Assembly: GCA_963702205.1 (NCBI GenBank) | Contig: OY969724.1 | Coordinates: 1,376,001-1,440,000 of the forward strand | Direction: 5' to 3' | Length of the DNA stretch: 64,000 nt | Source: an uncultured candidate division Zixibacteria bacterium | GTDB taxonomy: Bacteria; Zixibacteria; MSB-5A5; GN15; PGXB01 | Part shown: piece by piece, positions 11,333 to 21,759 of the stretch | Position numbering within the stretch: position 1 is the stretch's first letter | Layout of the letters: each line of letters starts with the position of its first letter | Made by a program: the position numbers and the translations under genes | The notes under the pieces: generated by a model | Databases searched by the model: none | What the model was told of the DNA's origin: nothing | Seen by the model: only the letters and a program-made list of their open reading frames with translations

Positions 11333-11525
11333 TTCTGAAAAAGCCTATTACAAAGCGCTTCTGGCTTTGCAAAACCGGGATTTCGCGACCGCCTCCAGTT
11401 ATTTCAAGGCGGCACAAAATTTGGTTGCGGAGAACGCCGATTTGCGTATATTATCCGAGGCCACGGAGATTCTTCTGGCCGTAAAGGATGAATTGCGCGA
11501 ACTGGAACTGGTCAAAGAAAGTTAG
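11322..11525 (+). CDS. Small TPR-like hypothetical protein
   Basis: Overlaps the upstream gene; YYKALLALQNRDFATASSYFKAA TPR-like. Confidence 0.6.
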   Translation: MSPDSEKAYYKALLALQNRDFATASSYFKAAQNLVAENADLRILSEATEILLAVKDELRELELVKES

Positions 11526-11538
11526 AGGTTGATATAAG

Positions 11539-11724
11539 ATGGCCAAGAAACAAAGTTTTGCAGATAAGGCGTCGAAGAAAAAGCACGCGATGACCTGCCC
11601 GATTTGTCAGGGCGAAATAGCTTTTATCAAGTACGTCAAAGCGGAAAAATCAGAGGGCGGCTGGCGCTATCGGACCAACAACGTCGGCGTCTGCGAATGC
11701 AACCGCAAAGAGCTGTTCGGCTGA
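11539..11724 (+). CDS. Small basic protein, DUF4295/bL38-like, with CxxC..CxC
   Basis: GAGG RBS; MAKKQSF...IKYVKAEKSEGGWRY; followed by a terminator. Confidence 0.6.
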   Translation: MAKKQSFADKASKKKHAMTCPICQGEIAFIKYVKAEKSEGGWRYRTNNVGVCECNRKELFG

Positions 11725-11749
11725 TTTAACGGCAAAGATTTAATATTAG

Positions 11750-11776
11750 TCCCGCCGGATGACGGCGGGATTTTTT
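11750..11776 (+). terminator. Rho-independent terminator
   Basis: CCCGCCG-loop-CGGCGGG + ATTTTTT. Confidence 0.8.
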
Positions 11777-11777
11777 A

Positions 11778-14316
11778 ATGGTTTTTTGGAATATGCAGCA
11801 CGTTCTCGAAGAAAAACTTTTTCCATTCGTAATTAAACCGGGGCAGTATACCGGCGGTGAACTGGGTCATATCGTCAAGTCGCCCGAAAATTGTCTCAAA
11901 TTCGCGCTCGGCTATCCCGACAAGTACGAAATCGGGATGTCGTATCTGGGCACGCAGATTCTCTATCATCTGATAAACAAAGACGACCGCTTTCTGTGCG
12001 AGAGGTTTTTTGCGTTCGATACCGACGCCGAAGCGATAATGCGGCGAGAAAAAATTCCGGCCTTCACGCTCGAATCGCACCGGTCGCTCGGAGAGTACAG
12101 ACATAGTCGGGTTTACGCTCGCCTATGAGATGGTTTATACGAACCTCCTGAATATTCTCGACCTGGCCGGAATTCCTCTGAGAGCGAAAGATCGGAATGA
12201 TAAGCACCCTCTGATAATCGCCGGAGGGCCGGTGGTCAATAACCCGGAACCGTCGGCAGAATTCATTGACCTTTTTTATATCGGTGACGCCGAAGACAAT
12301 ATCATACGCATTTGTGAGATCGTGCAGGAATCAAAAGAGTTGTCCCGGGAAGAAAAGCTGCTTCGTCTGGCTCGCGACGTGCCCTCGGTGTATGTCCCGG
12401 CCTTTTATGACGCCGCGACCAAAAAGCCTCTGCACGATGATCTTCCGACAGTTATAAAAAACAACAAAATATCGAAACTCGAACGGCGGTTGTATCCCGA
12501 TCAGCCGATTGTACCATACATTGATACCGTCCACAGTCGCCTGACCGTGGAAATCATGCGCGGTTGCCCCTGGAACTGCCGCTTCTGCCAGGCCTGCGCG
12601 GTTTATCGGCCGGTGCGGGTGCGCCCGGCTTATGATATAATCAGCCAGGTCAATACCGGACTGCGTAAGACGGGGTATGATGAAGTCTCGCTTTTGTCTC
12701 TGTCGTCGGCCGATCATCCCGAAATAGAATCTTTGACGCTCAAACTTTCACGGGAGCTTCAGAGCAAACGGATCGCCCTCGCGTTTCCGTCGATGCGCCC
12801 CGGAACCTTCACGCAGGAGCTGGCCACGGCGGCCAAAACCTCCCGCAAGACCGGGCTCACGTTCGCACCAGAGGCCGGCACCGAGCGGCTGCGGGCGTTT
12901 ATACGGAAAAATATTACGGACCAAGCGCTGTATGATACAATCGAGCTGGCCTTCCGCAACGAATGGAATCTGGTCAAGCTGTATTTCATGGTCGGTTTGC
13001 CGACCGAAACCGATGAGGATATCGACGGGATCGTTAGCATGATAAACAAGGTTTGCCGTATCGCCGCCGGTCATAAAGGCAAACGAGCTCTAAACATCAC
13101 ACTGTTGCCGTTTTCACCGAAACCGCACACGCCGCTTCAATGGGATGCCCAGCCGCACCCGGATGAAATTGCCCGCAAGATCGACCGCATCAAAAGATCG
13201 GTAAAAAACAGCTTTGTCAATTTCAAGGAGCACGACAACCGTCTGGCGTTTTTGGAAGGCATCATCGGGCGCTCGGATAGGAGCATGGCCGATGTCATCG
13301 AAACCGCTTTTAAAGCCGGGGCGCGTTTCGACGGCTGGTCGGAAAATTTCGATTTTGATCTCTGGATGCAAGCTTTTAAGGCCTGCGGTGTCGATCCTCA
13401 CGGTCTTTTGAAAGAAAGATCGTTTTCGGAAAGGCTGCCCTGGGAGCATATCGAGCTTTCGGTCTCGAACGAGCATTTAAAGAAACAAAGGGGGCTGTCG
13501 TCGGAGATTCTTAAGGACCCATCCGCTCCCAAACTCAAGCCGGAACCGGGCAACAGTCCTGCAAACGATGATTCCGCCTTCGGCCGTTCCACCAAAAAAG
13601 TCATCAAAGCCTCATCGGTGGCGCCGACCAAAAACTTTGTCAGAATAAAATGGGGCCGCAAAGGTCTGACCCGCTTTTTGTCTCATCTTGACAATCTGCG
13701 TACTATCGAGCGGGCGATAAGGCGAGCCTCGGTACCGGTGGCGTATTCGCAGGGGTTTCATCCGCACATGAAATTATCGTTCGGGCCGTCGCTGACCCTG
13801 GGGCACAGTTCCGAAGCCGAATATTTCGATATGACCCTCGAAAATCCGTTCCGGGCGGATATTGTCGCCCGGCTGAACGAAGCTCTGCCCGGAGGCTTTT
13901 ATGTCGCTTCGGCGCGAGCGCTGTTTAACGACAAAGTATCGCTCAATAGCCGTATCAATCGGGCGATCTATGAAGTCGAATTAGCGCGCGGAAAGGATGT
14001 GCAAAAGGCGCTGGACGAATTATTAAACCGTGAAGCCGTGCAAATCGAACGCGAGAAAAAGGACGGCATAGTTGTGATCGATATTCGCCCGGCTGTTTAT
14101 GATCTGGTCTATTCTGACGAAAATATAAACAACCCCGATAAGGGCTTGATAACGATGACTCTCGGAATCGGAACCGGCGGATACGCCCGGCCCAATGAAG
14201 TGTTGGTGGCTTCCGGACTGGTGGATGCATTCGGTGTTTTGGCTTTGAAAATACACCGGAAGGCACTTTTCAATGAAGACACAGGCGGTGATCGCCGGGA
14301 TCCGATGGAATTTTAA
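11778..14316 (+). pseudogene. TIGR03960 B12-binding radical SAM protein fused to TIGR03936/DUF2344; one +1 frameshift near 12099 (possibly an assembly error)
   Basis: KPGQYTGGE, YPDKYEIGMS; RGCPWNCRFC; FLSHLD..SQGFHPH; removing A12099 gives EYDIVGFTLAYEM joining the two ORFs. Confidence 0.85.
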
Positions 14317-14319
14317 ATA

Positions 14320-15684
14320 ATGACCGAAACCGAAGAAAAAAAATATGACCCGGTAAGAGCGGCCGCGATGGACATCATCGGCGAAGCCGACAAGCTCCGT
14401 CGCAACGCCGATGAGATAATCATTGATTTTCTGCACCGCAATAAATTCGATGCGCGGGATGTAAGGTTTTTGCGGCAGTTGGTCCACGGTTCGATCAAGC
14501 TTAAAAGACGTTTGGACCATGACATCCGATTTTACCTGAGCCGACCTTCGGAAAAGCTGCCGATTCGTCTTCAGGCTATATTGAGGCTGGGGTTTTATCA
14601 GCTGTTTTTCACGGACCGAATTCCCGAAGCCGCAATCGTCTCCGAATCGGTCAACCTCGCCCGTCATTTTGTCGATCAGGCGCGAGCCCGACTGGTCAAC
14701 GCCGTCCTCCGGTCGGCTATACGCAACCCCCAGCGCAGGGTTTTTATCGATCCGCACGATAATCCCGTCAAGTACCTGGCCGATTATTATTCGTACCCCG
14801 ACTGGTTCGTGGAGTACTGCCTGACCGAGTTCAAGTTCGAGGCTACCGAAAAGTTTCTGAGTGAGATGAACAAGCCGCCCTATCTGGCTTTCCGGGCCAA
14901 TCATGTCAAGGTTAAGCCCGAGGAAATCGCCGAACTCCTGAAAAAACAAAACATAGATTATGAGCCGGGTCGATATTTAAAAGAATTTTTCTGCACTCGC
15001 CAGACTCATGAGATGTTCGACAAACTCGTTGCCGAGGGAAAGATTTATATCCAGGATGAATCGGCCGGACTTCCGATTCGGCTGATGAATCCCAAACCGG
15101 GAATGCGCGTCCTCGATCTGGCCGCGGCTCCCGGTGGCAAAGCCAGTTACGCGGCGGTTCGTATGCGCAACGAGGGTCTGGTTGCGGCGGTGGATCGCTC
15201 CCGCCCGCGTCTGAAAATCCTGGCTCAAAACTGCAAAACGATGGGGATCAAGATTATCAGCCCGATCCATGCCGACAACCTTGAGTTCTCCGCCGAGCCG
15301 TTCGACCGGGTGATCCTCGACGCCCCCTGCACCGGTTGGGGCAACGCCGGAAAACACAGCGACCTGCGCTGGATCAAGACCCCCGATGACGTCGAACAGC
15401 TTCACAAGATACAAAGCATGATGATCGATAAAGCCGCCAAGTTGGTCCGTCCCGGCGGTATACTGGTCTATTCGACCTGCACGGTACTGAGAAAAGAAAA
15501 CGACGAGGTAGTCGAGGAATTTCTGCTGCGCCGTAAAGATTTCGTGCTGGAATCGGCCAGGAAATATTTCGGCGACGATATCGTCTCCGAGCGGGGGTTT
15601 GTCAAAACCTATCCGGCGGTCGACGGCATGTCCGGGTCATTTGCGGCCCGTCTCAAGAAAACCAGGAATCCGCAAAATAATTAG
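14320..15684 (+). CDS. rsmB: 16S rRNA m5C967 methyltransferase
   Basis: NusB-like N-terminus; QDESA, AAPGGK, DAPCTG, YSTCT. Confidence 0.92.
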   Translation: MTETEEKKYDPVRAAAMDIIGEADKLRRNADEIIIDFLHRNKFDARDVRFLRQLVHGSIKLKRRLDHDIRFYLSRPSEKLPIRLQAILRLGFYQLFFTDRIPEAAIVSESVNLARHFVDQARARLVNAVLRSAIRNPQRRVFIDPHDNPVKYLADYYSYPDWFVEYCLTEFKFEATEKFLSEMNKPPYLAFRANHVKVKPEEIAELLKKQNIDYEPGRYLKEFFCTRQTHEMFDKLVAEGKIYIQDESAGLPIRLMNPKPGMRVLDLAAAPGGKASYAAVRMRNEGLVAAVDRSRPRLKILAQNCKTMGIKIISPIHADNLEFSAEPFDRVILDAPCTGWGNAGKHSDLRWIKTPDDVEQLHKIQSMMIDKAAKLVRPGGILVYSTCTVLRKENDEVVEEFLLRRKDFVLESARKYFGDDIVSERGFVKTYPAVDGMSGSFAARLKKTRNPQNN

Positions 15685-15718
15685 TGCTCTTTCGATTTCA
15701 AGGTTGTAAAATAGTCAG

Positions 15719-16516
15719 ATGACTATGGAGCAATCTCAAAAAAAATCGCGATTCGACAGATTTAAAACCAAACTGCTGACGGATAAACGCCTTCATCGCA
15801 AATTATTGTTTTTCACTTTGGTGCCGCTTGCGGTGCTGATCGTGCTGTATCTTCTCATGGACGACATCGTGATGCCGATCATAACCCGCCACGGCTCCGA
15901 GTTCGAACTACCCGACATAACCGGCTATGAATACAAGGACGCCGAGTATATTCTGGAGAAGCTCGGTCTCAAAATGGAAGTGACCTCGGAGGAATACCAT
16001 CCTGACAAACCCGAAGGCACGATACTGTCGCAATATCCTCCGGCCCTGACCAAGGTCAAGTCGGGTCGGACGATCAAAGTTGTCAGGTCGAGTGGGCAGA
16101 AGATGGTCCAGATCCCGCAGTTGGCCGGTTTTTCGGTTCGTCAGGCCAAGCTCAATATCGAGGCGGCCGGTCTGGAACTGGGTGATATCGCCTGGACTTT
16201 TTCCGACAGCCTGCCCGAGAGGGTGGTCGTGTTTTCATACCCGGCCTCGGGGACGGAAATCCCCCATGGCTCGCGCGTGAATCTTATGGTCAACCGCGGA
16301 CGGTTATCGGGCATCGTCTTTATGCCGCAACTGGTTGGCAAATCCTACGATGAAGCGGAAGAAACCCTGAAAAAACTGGGATTAAAAATCGGGCTGGTGA
16401 CGCACGTCCGCAACGAAAATTACCTGCCCGGAACGGTGCTGGAGCAATCGGCCGAACAGGCCACGGAACTTGAAGTGGGCGAGGAAATCGACCTGATCGT
16501 CTCCACGACCGAATAA
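15719..16516 (+). CDS. Membrane-anchored triple PASTA domain protein
   Basis: One TM helix, three LPxxxG...A...L..xGL...Q/YP repeats. Confidence 0.85.
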   Translation: MTMEQSQKKSRFDRFKTKLLTDKRLHRKLLFFTLVPLAVLIVLYLLMDDIVMPIITRHGSEFELPDITGYEYKDAEYILEKLGLKMEVTSEEYHPDKPEGTILSQYPPALTKVKSGRTIKVVRSSGQKMVQIPQLAGFSVRQAKLNIEAAGLELGDIAWTFSDSLPERVVVFSYPASGTEIPHGSRVNLMVNRGRLSGIVFMPQLVGKSYDEAEETLKKLGLKIGLVTHVRNENYLPGTVLEQSAEQATELEVGEEIDLIVSTTE

Positions 16517-16521
16517 ATAAT

Positions 16522-17229
16522 ATGATCAAACTGGCTCCGTCCATACTGGCTGCCGATTTTTCCCGGCTCGGTGAAGAAATAAAAGACACCGAACGTGCCG
16601 GGGCGGATATGATTCATCTTGACATCATGGACGGGCATTTTGTCCCCAATATATCTTTCGGAGGAGCGATTTCCAAAATGTCGAAATCGGTCTGTTCCCT
16701 GCCGCACGACGCCCATCTTATGGTGACCGACCCGGAAAATTATTTCGATGAGTTTGTTGAAATCGGGATCGAACATATAAGTTTCCATTTGGAACTGGAC
16801 TGTCCTAGCCGCGACCTCGGTCCCGGCCGGTGGGTTTATTCTGTCAGGGATAAGGTGAACAGCAACCGAATCGTTGAGAATATCGACTATCTTAAAAGCG
16901 CCGGTGTCAAGGCCGGCCTGGTGGTTAATCCGCCGACCGATTTACGGCATGTGATGCCCTTTTTGGACAAGATCGATCTGTTGCTTTTGATGTCGGTCAA
17001 CCCCGGTTTTTCCGGGCAGGCCTTAATATCCGACGTCTATGATCGGATCAAAATCTGTAATATCTATCGTCTGAAAAACGATCTCGGGTTCGAAATCATG
17101 GTTGACGGCGGGGTCGACCTGAATAATGCCGGAAACCTTGCCGAAGCCGGGGCGGATATCCTGGTCAGCGGTTCCTCGTTCTACCATGCGCCCGACCGGG
17201 CAGAGTTTGTTCGCCAAATAAAAGCGTAG
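16522..17229 (+). CDS. rpe: Ribulose-phosphate 3-epimerase
   Basis: APSILAADF, HLDIMDGHFVPN, MSVNPGFSGQ, VDGG. Confidence 0.95.
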   Translation: MIKLAPSILAADFSRLGEEIKDTERAGADMIHLDIMDGHFVPNISFGGAISKMSKSVCSLPHDAHLMVTDPENYFDEFVEIGIEHISFHLELDCPSRDLGPGRWVYSVRDKVNSNRIVENIDYLKSAGVKAGLVVNPPTDLRHVMPFLDKIDLLLLMSVNPGFSGQALISDVYDRIKICNIYRLKNDLGFEIMVDGGVDLNNAGNLAEAGADILVSGSSFYHAPDRAEFVRQIKA

Positions 17230-17313
17230 AAAATCCCTTGCGATTTCGGCCCGATTTTCTATATTTCTAAGCTCCAACGGGGTGAGGTATGCCCTATAGA
17301 GTGGTTTTAAGTT

Positions 17314-18642
17314 ATGTTTGGTGAATTAGTTGACAGATTCGACGGGATTTTCAAGAAGCTTCGCGGCGCCGGGAAGTTGTCGGAGAAGAACATCCGCGAT
17401 TCCCTGCGCGAAGTACGCCGGGCGCTTCTTGAAGCCGACGTCAATTACAAGGTCGTCAAAGATTTTATCGCGCAGGTGGAATCATTGGCGGTCGGCGAGA
17501 AAGTCCTCAAGTCGATTGAGCCGGGTCAGCAGATTGTCAAGATCGTGCACGACGAACTGGTCAATCTCCTGGGACGGACAGCCGAACCACTGGCGGCGAT
17601 AGATAAAACGCCGACCGTATATATGTTGTGCGGCCTGCAGGGTTCGGGCAAAACAACTTTGGCCGGGAAAATCGCGCTCGACGCCAAACGCAAAAAGAAG
17701 AAACCGCTTCTGGTGGCGGCCGATATTTATCGCCCGGCGGCAGTCAAGCAGTTGACTTTACTGGGTGAGTCGATCGACGCCGAAGTGTTCTCGCTTGATG
17801 GCAAGAAGCCGCCCGAGATTTGCTCCGAGGCCAAAAAATACGCCGAGAAAAATTTTATCGACCTGGTGATTCTCGATACGGCCGGACGGCTGCATATCGA
17901 TGAAGAACTCATGGTTGAACTGGAGCGGATAAAAGAAAGAGTCGCGCCCGATGAAATACTGCTTGTCGCCGATTCCATGACCGGACAGGACGCCGTCACG
18001 CTGGCCGAGCAGTTCCACAACCGTCTGACTATCACCGGGGTGGCGTTGACCAAACTCGATGGCGACGCCCGGGGCGGGGCAGCCATCTCGATAAGAGCCG
18101 TCACCGGCTGCCCGATCAAGCTGGCGTCAATCGGGGAGAAGCTTTCTGATTTGGAGGAGTTTCATCCCGACCGCATGGCCTCGCGCATCCTCGGTATGGG
18201 CGATATCGTGACGCTGGTCGAGAAGGCGCAGGGTGCGGTCAATGAGGAACAAGCGGTCAAGCTGGCCGAGAAAATAAAGAAAAATACATTTACGCTGGAA
18301 GATTTTCAGGACCAGATGCAGCAACTCAAGAAAATGGGACCGCTCGAATCGATTCTCGGCATGATCCCCGGGGTCGGCAAGGCCCTCAAGGGCGTGCAGA
18401 TCGACGAGCGCAATCTCCTGCGGGTCGAGGCGATAATCCAGTCAATGACGCCGTACGAACGGCAGAACCCGCAGATGATCGACGGCAGCCGCAAGAAGCG
18501 GATCGCTCTGGGTTCCGGTAATTCGGTGCAGGACGTCAACAACCTGCTCAAACAGTTTCTGGCCATGAAGAAAATGATGAAAAATATGGGAAAATTCAAA
18601 TTAAAGGGTATTCCGAAGGGGTCGTTGCCTTTTCAGATGTAA
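17314..18642 (+). CDS. ffh: Signal recognition particle protein
   Basis: GLQGSGKTT, DTAGR, TKLDGDARGG, M domain. Confidence 0.97.
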   Translation: MFGELVDRFDGIFKKLRGAGKLSEKNIRDSLREVRRALLEADVNYKVVKDFIAQVESLAVGEKVLKSIEPGQQIVKIVHDELVNLLGRTAEPLAAIDKTPTVYMLCGLQGSGKTTLAGKIALDAKRKKKKPLLVAADIYRPAAVKQLTLLGESIDAEVFSLDGKKPPEICSEAKKYAEKNFIDLVILDTAGRLHIDEELMVELERIKERVAPDEILLVADSMTGQDAVTLAEQFHNRLTITGVALTKLDGDARGGAAISIRAVTGCPIKLASIGEKLSDLEEFHPDRMASRILGMGDIVTLVEKAQGAVNEEQAVKLAEKIKKNTFTLEDFQDQMQQLKKMGPLESILGMIPGVGKALKGVQIDERNLLRVEAIIQSMTPYERQNPQMIDGSRKKRIALGSGNSVQDVNNLLKQFLAMKKMMKNMGKFKLKGIPKGSLPFQM

Positions 18643-18669
18643 TACCTGTGCAATCAAAGGAGAATTAAC

Positions 18670-19206
18670 TTGGCGACTGTCATCAGACTCAAACGAATGG
18701 GAACGAAAAAGAGACCGAGCTATCGCTTCGTATCCGCCGATTCCAGAAGCCCCCGCGATGGACGATTTGTGGAAAACCTGGGTTATTACAATCCGATTGT
18801 GAAACCAGCGCTGGTTAAAATCGATGAAGAGAAAATGACCTATTGGCTCGACCAGGGAGCACAGCCGTCGGAGACGGTCCGGTCTCTGTTGACGCAGGTC
18901 GGGTTTTACGAAAAATATCTGAAAGCCAAAAAAGGCGAGGATGTTTCCGGTATAACCATCTCCGAAACGATTACGGAGCGCAAGAAACGGCGCAAAAAAA
19001 CTAAAGCGTCGCAGGTGGAGGAAGTCAAAGTGGAAACTCCACAAGCTGCCCCCGCTCCGGCCGAACAGCCTAAAGCCGAACAGCCCAAGGCTGAAGAACC
19101 CAAAGCTGAAGCGCCTAAAGCGGAAGAACCTAAGGCCGAGGAGCTTAAAGCTGAGGAGCCCAAAGCCGATGAGCCCAAACCCGAGGAATCCAAAGGCGAA
19201 GAATAA
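18670..19206 (+). CDS. rpsP: 30S ribosomal protein S16 with PKAEE-repeat tail
   Basis: [30 protein letters not shown] start with GGAG. Confidence 0.95.
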   Translation: MATVIRLKRMGTKKRPSYRFVSADSRSPRDGRFVENLGYYNPIVKPALVKIDEEKMTYWLDQGAQPSETVRSLLTQVGFYEKYLKAKKGEDVSGITISETITERKKRRKKTKASQVEEVKVETPQAAPAPAEQPKAEQPKAEEPKAEAPKAEEPKAEELKAEEPKADEPKPEESKGEE

Positions 19207-19278
19207 AGCGTAATCAAATTCAAACGCGAATTGTTAACTCAGGACCAGTAACCTCTTCTGATTCAAAAGGAGATAGCA

Positions 19279-19509
19279 GTGAAAGAATTCATCGAAACTA
19301 TCGTCAAAGCACTCGTTGACAACCCGGATGAAGTTGATCTGACAGAAGTGCAGGGATCGCGGACTACGGTTTACGAACTTAGAGTCGGGGCCGGGGACCT
19401 GGGTAAAGTTATCGGTAAGCACGGACAAACAGCCAAATCGATTCGCACCCTGATAGCGGCTATTTCCGCCAAGAAGGGCAAGCGGGCCGTTTTGGAGATT
19501 CTGGAATAG
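19279..19509 (+). CDS. khpA: KH-domain RNA-binding protein
   Basis: [13 protein letters not shown]; synteny. Confidence 0.9.
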   Translation: MKEFIETIVKALVDNPDEVDLTEVQGSRTTVYELRVGAGDLGKVIGKHGQTAKSIRTLIAAISAKKGKRAVLEILE

Positions 19510-20043
19510 TTGAAAAAAAGGCCGGATTATATCGTGGTCGGACGGTTCGGCCGTCCGCGTGGTTTGTCCGGGGAAATATTTTTGCAGCCTCTGACCGACA
19601 ATCCGAAGCGTCTGGTTGACTCGGGACGCTTCTGGATGGAGGCAGAAGGAAATTACGTTGAAATATGGTTTTCCGCCGTAAATGAAGTTTCGGGGAAGAC
19701 GGTAGTACGAATAGAAGGAGTGAACGGACCGGAAGAAGCCGGGAAATACAGCAGCCAGTATATTTATATCCGCTCCGAAGAGCTGGGGCAGCCCGCCGAC
19801 GGCAGCTTTTATTATTTCGATCTGATCGACTGCCGGGCGGTTGACCGGTCCGGCGCGGAACTGGGAATCGTGGCCGACGTGGAACAATACCCGGCCAACG
19901 ACGTGCTGGTGATAGAAGACAAAAGCAAGAATTTATTCCGGTTGCCGATGGTAACGCAGTTCATTGTGGACGTTGACCTGGAGAAAAACCAGATAACCAT
20001 AAATCCTCCGGAGGGGATATTTGACTCCCCGGATGAAAATTGA
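19510..20043 (+). CDS. rimM: Ribosome maturation factor
   Basis: GRPRGLSGE, FYYFDLID, ANDV; synteny. Confidence 0.9.
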   Translation: MKKRPDYIVVGRFGRPRGLSGEIFLQPLTDNPKRLVDSGRFWMEAEGNYVEIWFSAVNEVSGKTVVRIEGVNGPEEAGKYSSQYIYIRSEELGQPADGSFYYFDLIDCRAVDRSGAELGIVADVEQYPANDVLVIEDKSKNLFRLPMVTQFIVDVDLEKNQITINPPEGIFDSPDEN

Positions 20044-20788
20044 AATAATAACGCTTTTCCCGGCGTATTTCGACTCGGTTATCGGCCAGTCGATAATTGG
20101 CCGGGGGCGCGAAAAACGGCTCTTTGAAATAGAAATAGTAAACCTGCGCGATTTCACGACGGATCGTCACAAAACCACCGACGATAAACCGTTTGGTGGT
20201 GGAGGAGGGATGGTCCTGATGGTGGAGCCGCTGGATAAATGTCTTAAGGCACTCGGGCACGGTGCCACCGCCACAGATGGCGAGAGGATAGTCCTCACGT
20301 CGGCGGGCGGGAAAGTTTTCAACCAGCCCAAAGCGGTCGAGTTATCGCTTCTGAACCGGTTGACAGTTATCTGCGGCCATTATCTCGGAGTCGATGAAAG
20401 ACTTATGCGGTTGTATGAAATCGAGGAGATGTCAATAGGTGATTATGTGCTGACCGGCGGAGAGCCAGCCGCGGCGGTGATGCTCGATGCGGTCGTGAGA
20501 TTGATCCCGGGTGTACTGGGCAATTTCGAATCGGCGCTGGCCGATTCGCACGTCGAGGAAATCCTCGGAACGCCGGTTTACACGCGGCCGGAAGTGTATG
20601 ACGGGCTAAAAGTCCCGGAGACGCTTCTGGGCGGCAACCACAGGGAGATCGAAATTTTCCGGCGGCGCGAGGCGTTGAAAAAGACCTATTTGAACCGTCC
20701 GGAACTGCTCGATAAAGTCGAGCTGAGTGCCGACGAAAGAAATTTTTTGGATAAGATTAAAAATACCGACAATAACAAGAACGCATAG
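20033..20788 (+). CDS. trmD: tRNA m1G37 methyltransferase
   Basis: [26 protein letters not shown]. Confidence 0.95.
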   Translation: MKIEIITLFPAYFDSVIGQSIIGRGREKRLFEIEIVNLRDFTTDRHKTTDDKPFGGGGGMVLMVEPLDKCLKALGHGATATDGERIVLTSAGGKVFNQPKAVELSLLNRLTVICGHYLGVDERLMRLYEIEEMSIGDYVLTGGEPAAAVMLDAVVRLIPGVLGNFESALADSHVEEILGTPVYTRPEVYDGLKVPETLLGGNHREIEIFRRREALKKTYLNRPELLDKVELSADERNFLDKIKNTDNNKNA

Positions 20789-20804
20789 ATTAAAGGTACG
20801 ACCA

Positions 20805-21200
20805 ATGAAACGGATTACGCAAATCGAAAAGAACTTCGTCCGGGATAAAGTGCCGGAGTTTTCATCCGGCGACACGGTGAAGGTCCACGTCAAGATCAAA
20901 GAAGGCGACAAAGAACGCGTCCAGGTTTTTCAGGGTACGGTTATCGGCCGTCGTGGGAGCGGCACCGGCGCCACGTTCACGGTCCGCAAGACGTCCTATG
21001 GCATCGGCATCGAACGTATTTTCCCGCTGCACTCGCCCAATATCGACAAGATCACGCGGGTACGTCAGGGCAAAGTCCGCCGCGCCAAGTTGTACTATCT
21101 TCGTGACCTGACCGGTAAATCGGCCCGTATCGAGGAAAAGCTCGACGACAAATCGAAGAGCAACGACGTCGAGCAGACCGAAGAAGCTTCGGAGGAATAA
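20805..21200 (+). CDS. rplS: 50S ribosomal protein L19
   Basis: [25 protein letters not shown]. Confidence 0.97.
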   Translation: MKRITQIEKNFVRDKVPEFSSGDTVKVHVKIKEGDKERVQVFQGTVIGRRGSGTGATFTVRKTSYGIGIERIFPLHSPNIDKITRVRQGKVRRAKLYYLRDLTGKSARIEEKLDDKSKSNDVEQTEEASEE

Positions 21201-21215
21201 TCTCTTTTCGTGACG

Positions 21216-21286
21216 CTCGGGCAGATGTGGACAGCCCTCCTGATCTTTTGAAGGATCTGCCACGCACAAAATGGGCTGTCTCCGAG
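21216..21286 (+). ncRNA. Structured pseudoknot RNA candidate (resembles Acido-Lenti-1/Flavo-1-type motifs)
   Basis: CTCGG/CCGAG closing stem; GTGG/CCAC; GACAGCCC/GGGCTGTC; AGATGTGGA..GCCACGC.CAAAA; family resemblance from memory only. Confidence 0.5.
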
Positions 21287-21317
21287 GAATAGGCTTTCTT
21301 ATTTTCAAACAATCTTC

Positions 21318-21342
21318 AAAACCCCGCTTCGGCGGGGTTTTT
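21318..21342 (+). terminator. Terminator of the ffh-rplS operon
   Basis: AAAACCCCGC-TTCG-GCGGGGTTTTT. Confidence 0.85.
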
Positions 21343-21389
21343 GTTTGGACTGATGCACTAATGTCATGACCGGGTGCCCCACCGCTTCA

Positions 21390-21560
21390 GGGCTTGTTGA
21401 AAAAGGGGTACAAATATATTCCGTCAGGTGATTATCCCGACGAAGTCGGGATCGACACCTGATGGCCTCTTTAGCTTCAATGACTTACAATGCGGTCAGG
21501 TCACACGCCCCGATAAATCGGGACGCAGGACCTGACCGAACAGACTTTTTCAACAAGCCC
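21390..21560. mobile_element. MITE (TIR GGGCTTGTTGAAAAAG)
   Basis: 16-bp TIR; CTTCA duplicated; inserted in the loop of CCCACCGC-TTCA-GCGGTGGG; interior similar to 31006-31172. Confidence 0.85.
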
Positions 21561-21596
21561 CTTCAGCGGTGGGAATGACAGCACGACGGGGCGCAA

Positions 21597-21672
21597 TGTC
21601 ATTCCCGCGTACGCGGGAATCCAGGCGTTGGTTTAAAATAAAATGTCAAGCCTCTAAGGAGGCTTGACCTAC
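21597..21672. repeat. REP-like hairpins
   Basis: TGTCATTCCCGCG-TA-CGCGGGAATCCA (related copy 24369-24396); GTCAAGCCTC..GAGGCTTGACCTAC. Confidence 0.65.
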
Positions 21673-21759
21673 AAGACTCTTATTCTCACCCCAGAGATTT
21701 CTTGATTATTGGCCCCGCCTCTTGTATTTTTCGGATTAAAAAATGGAAGATATATTTTA

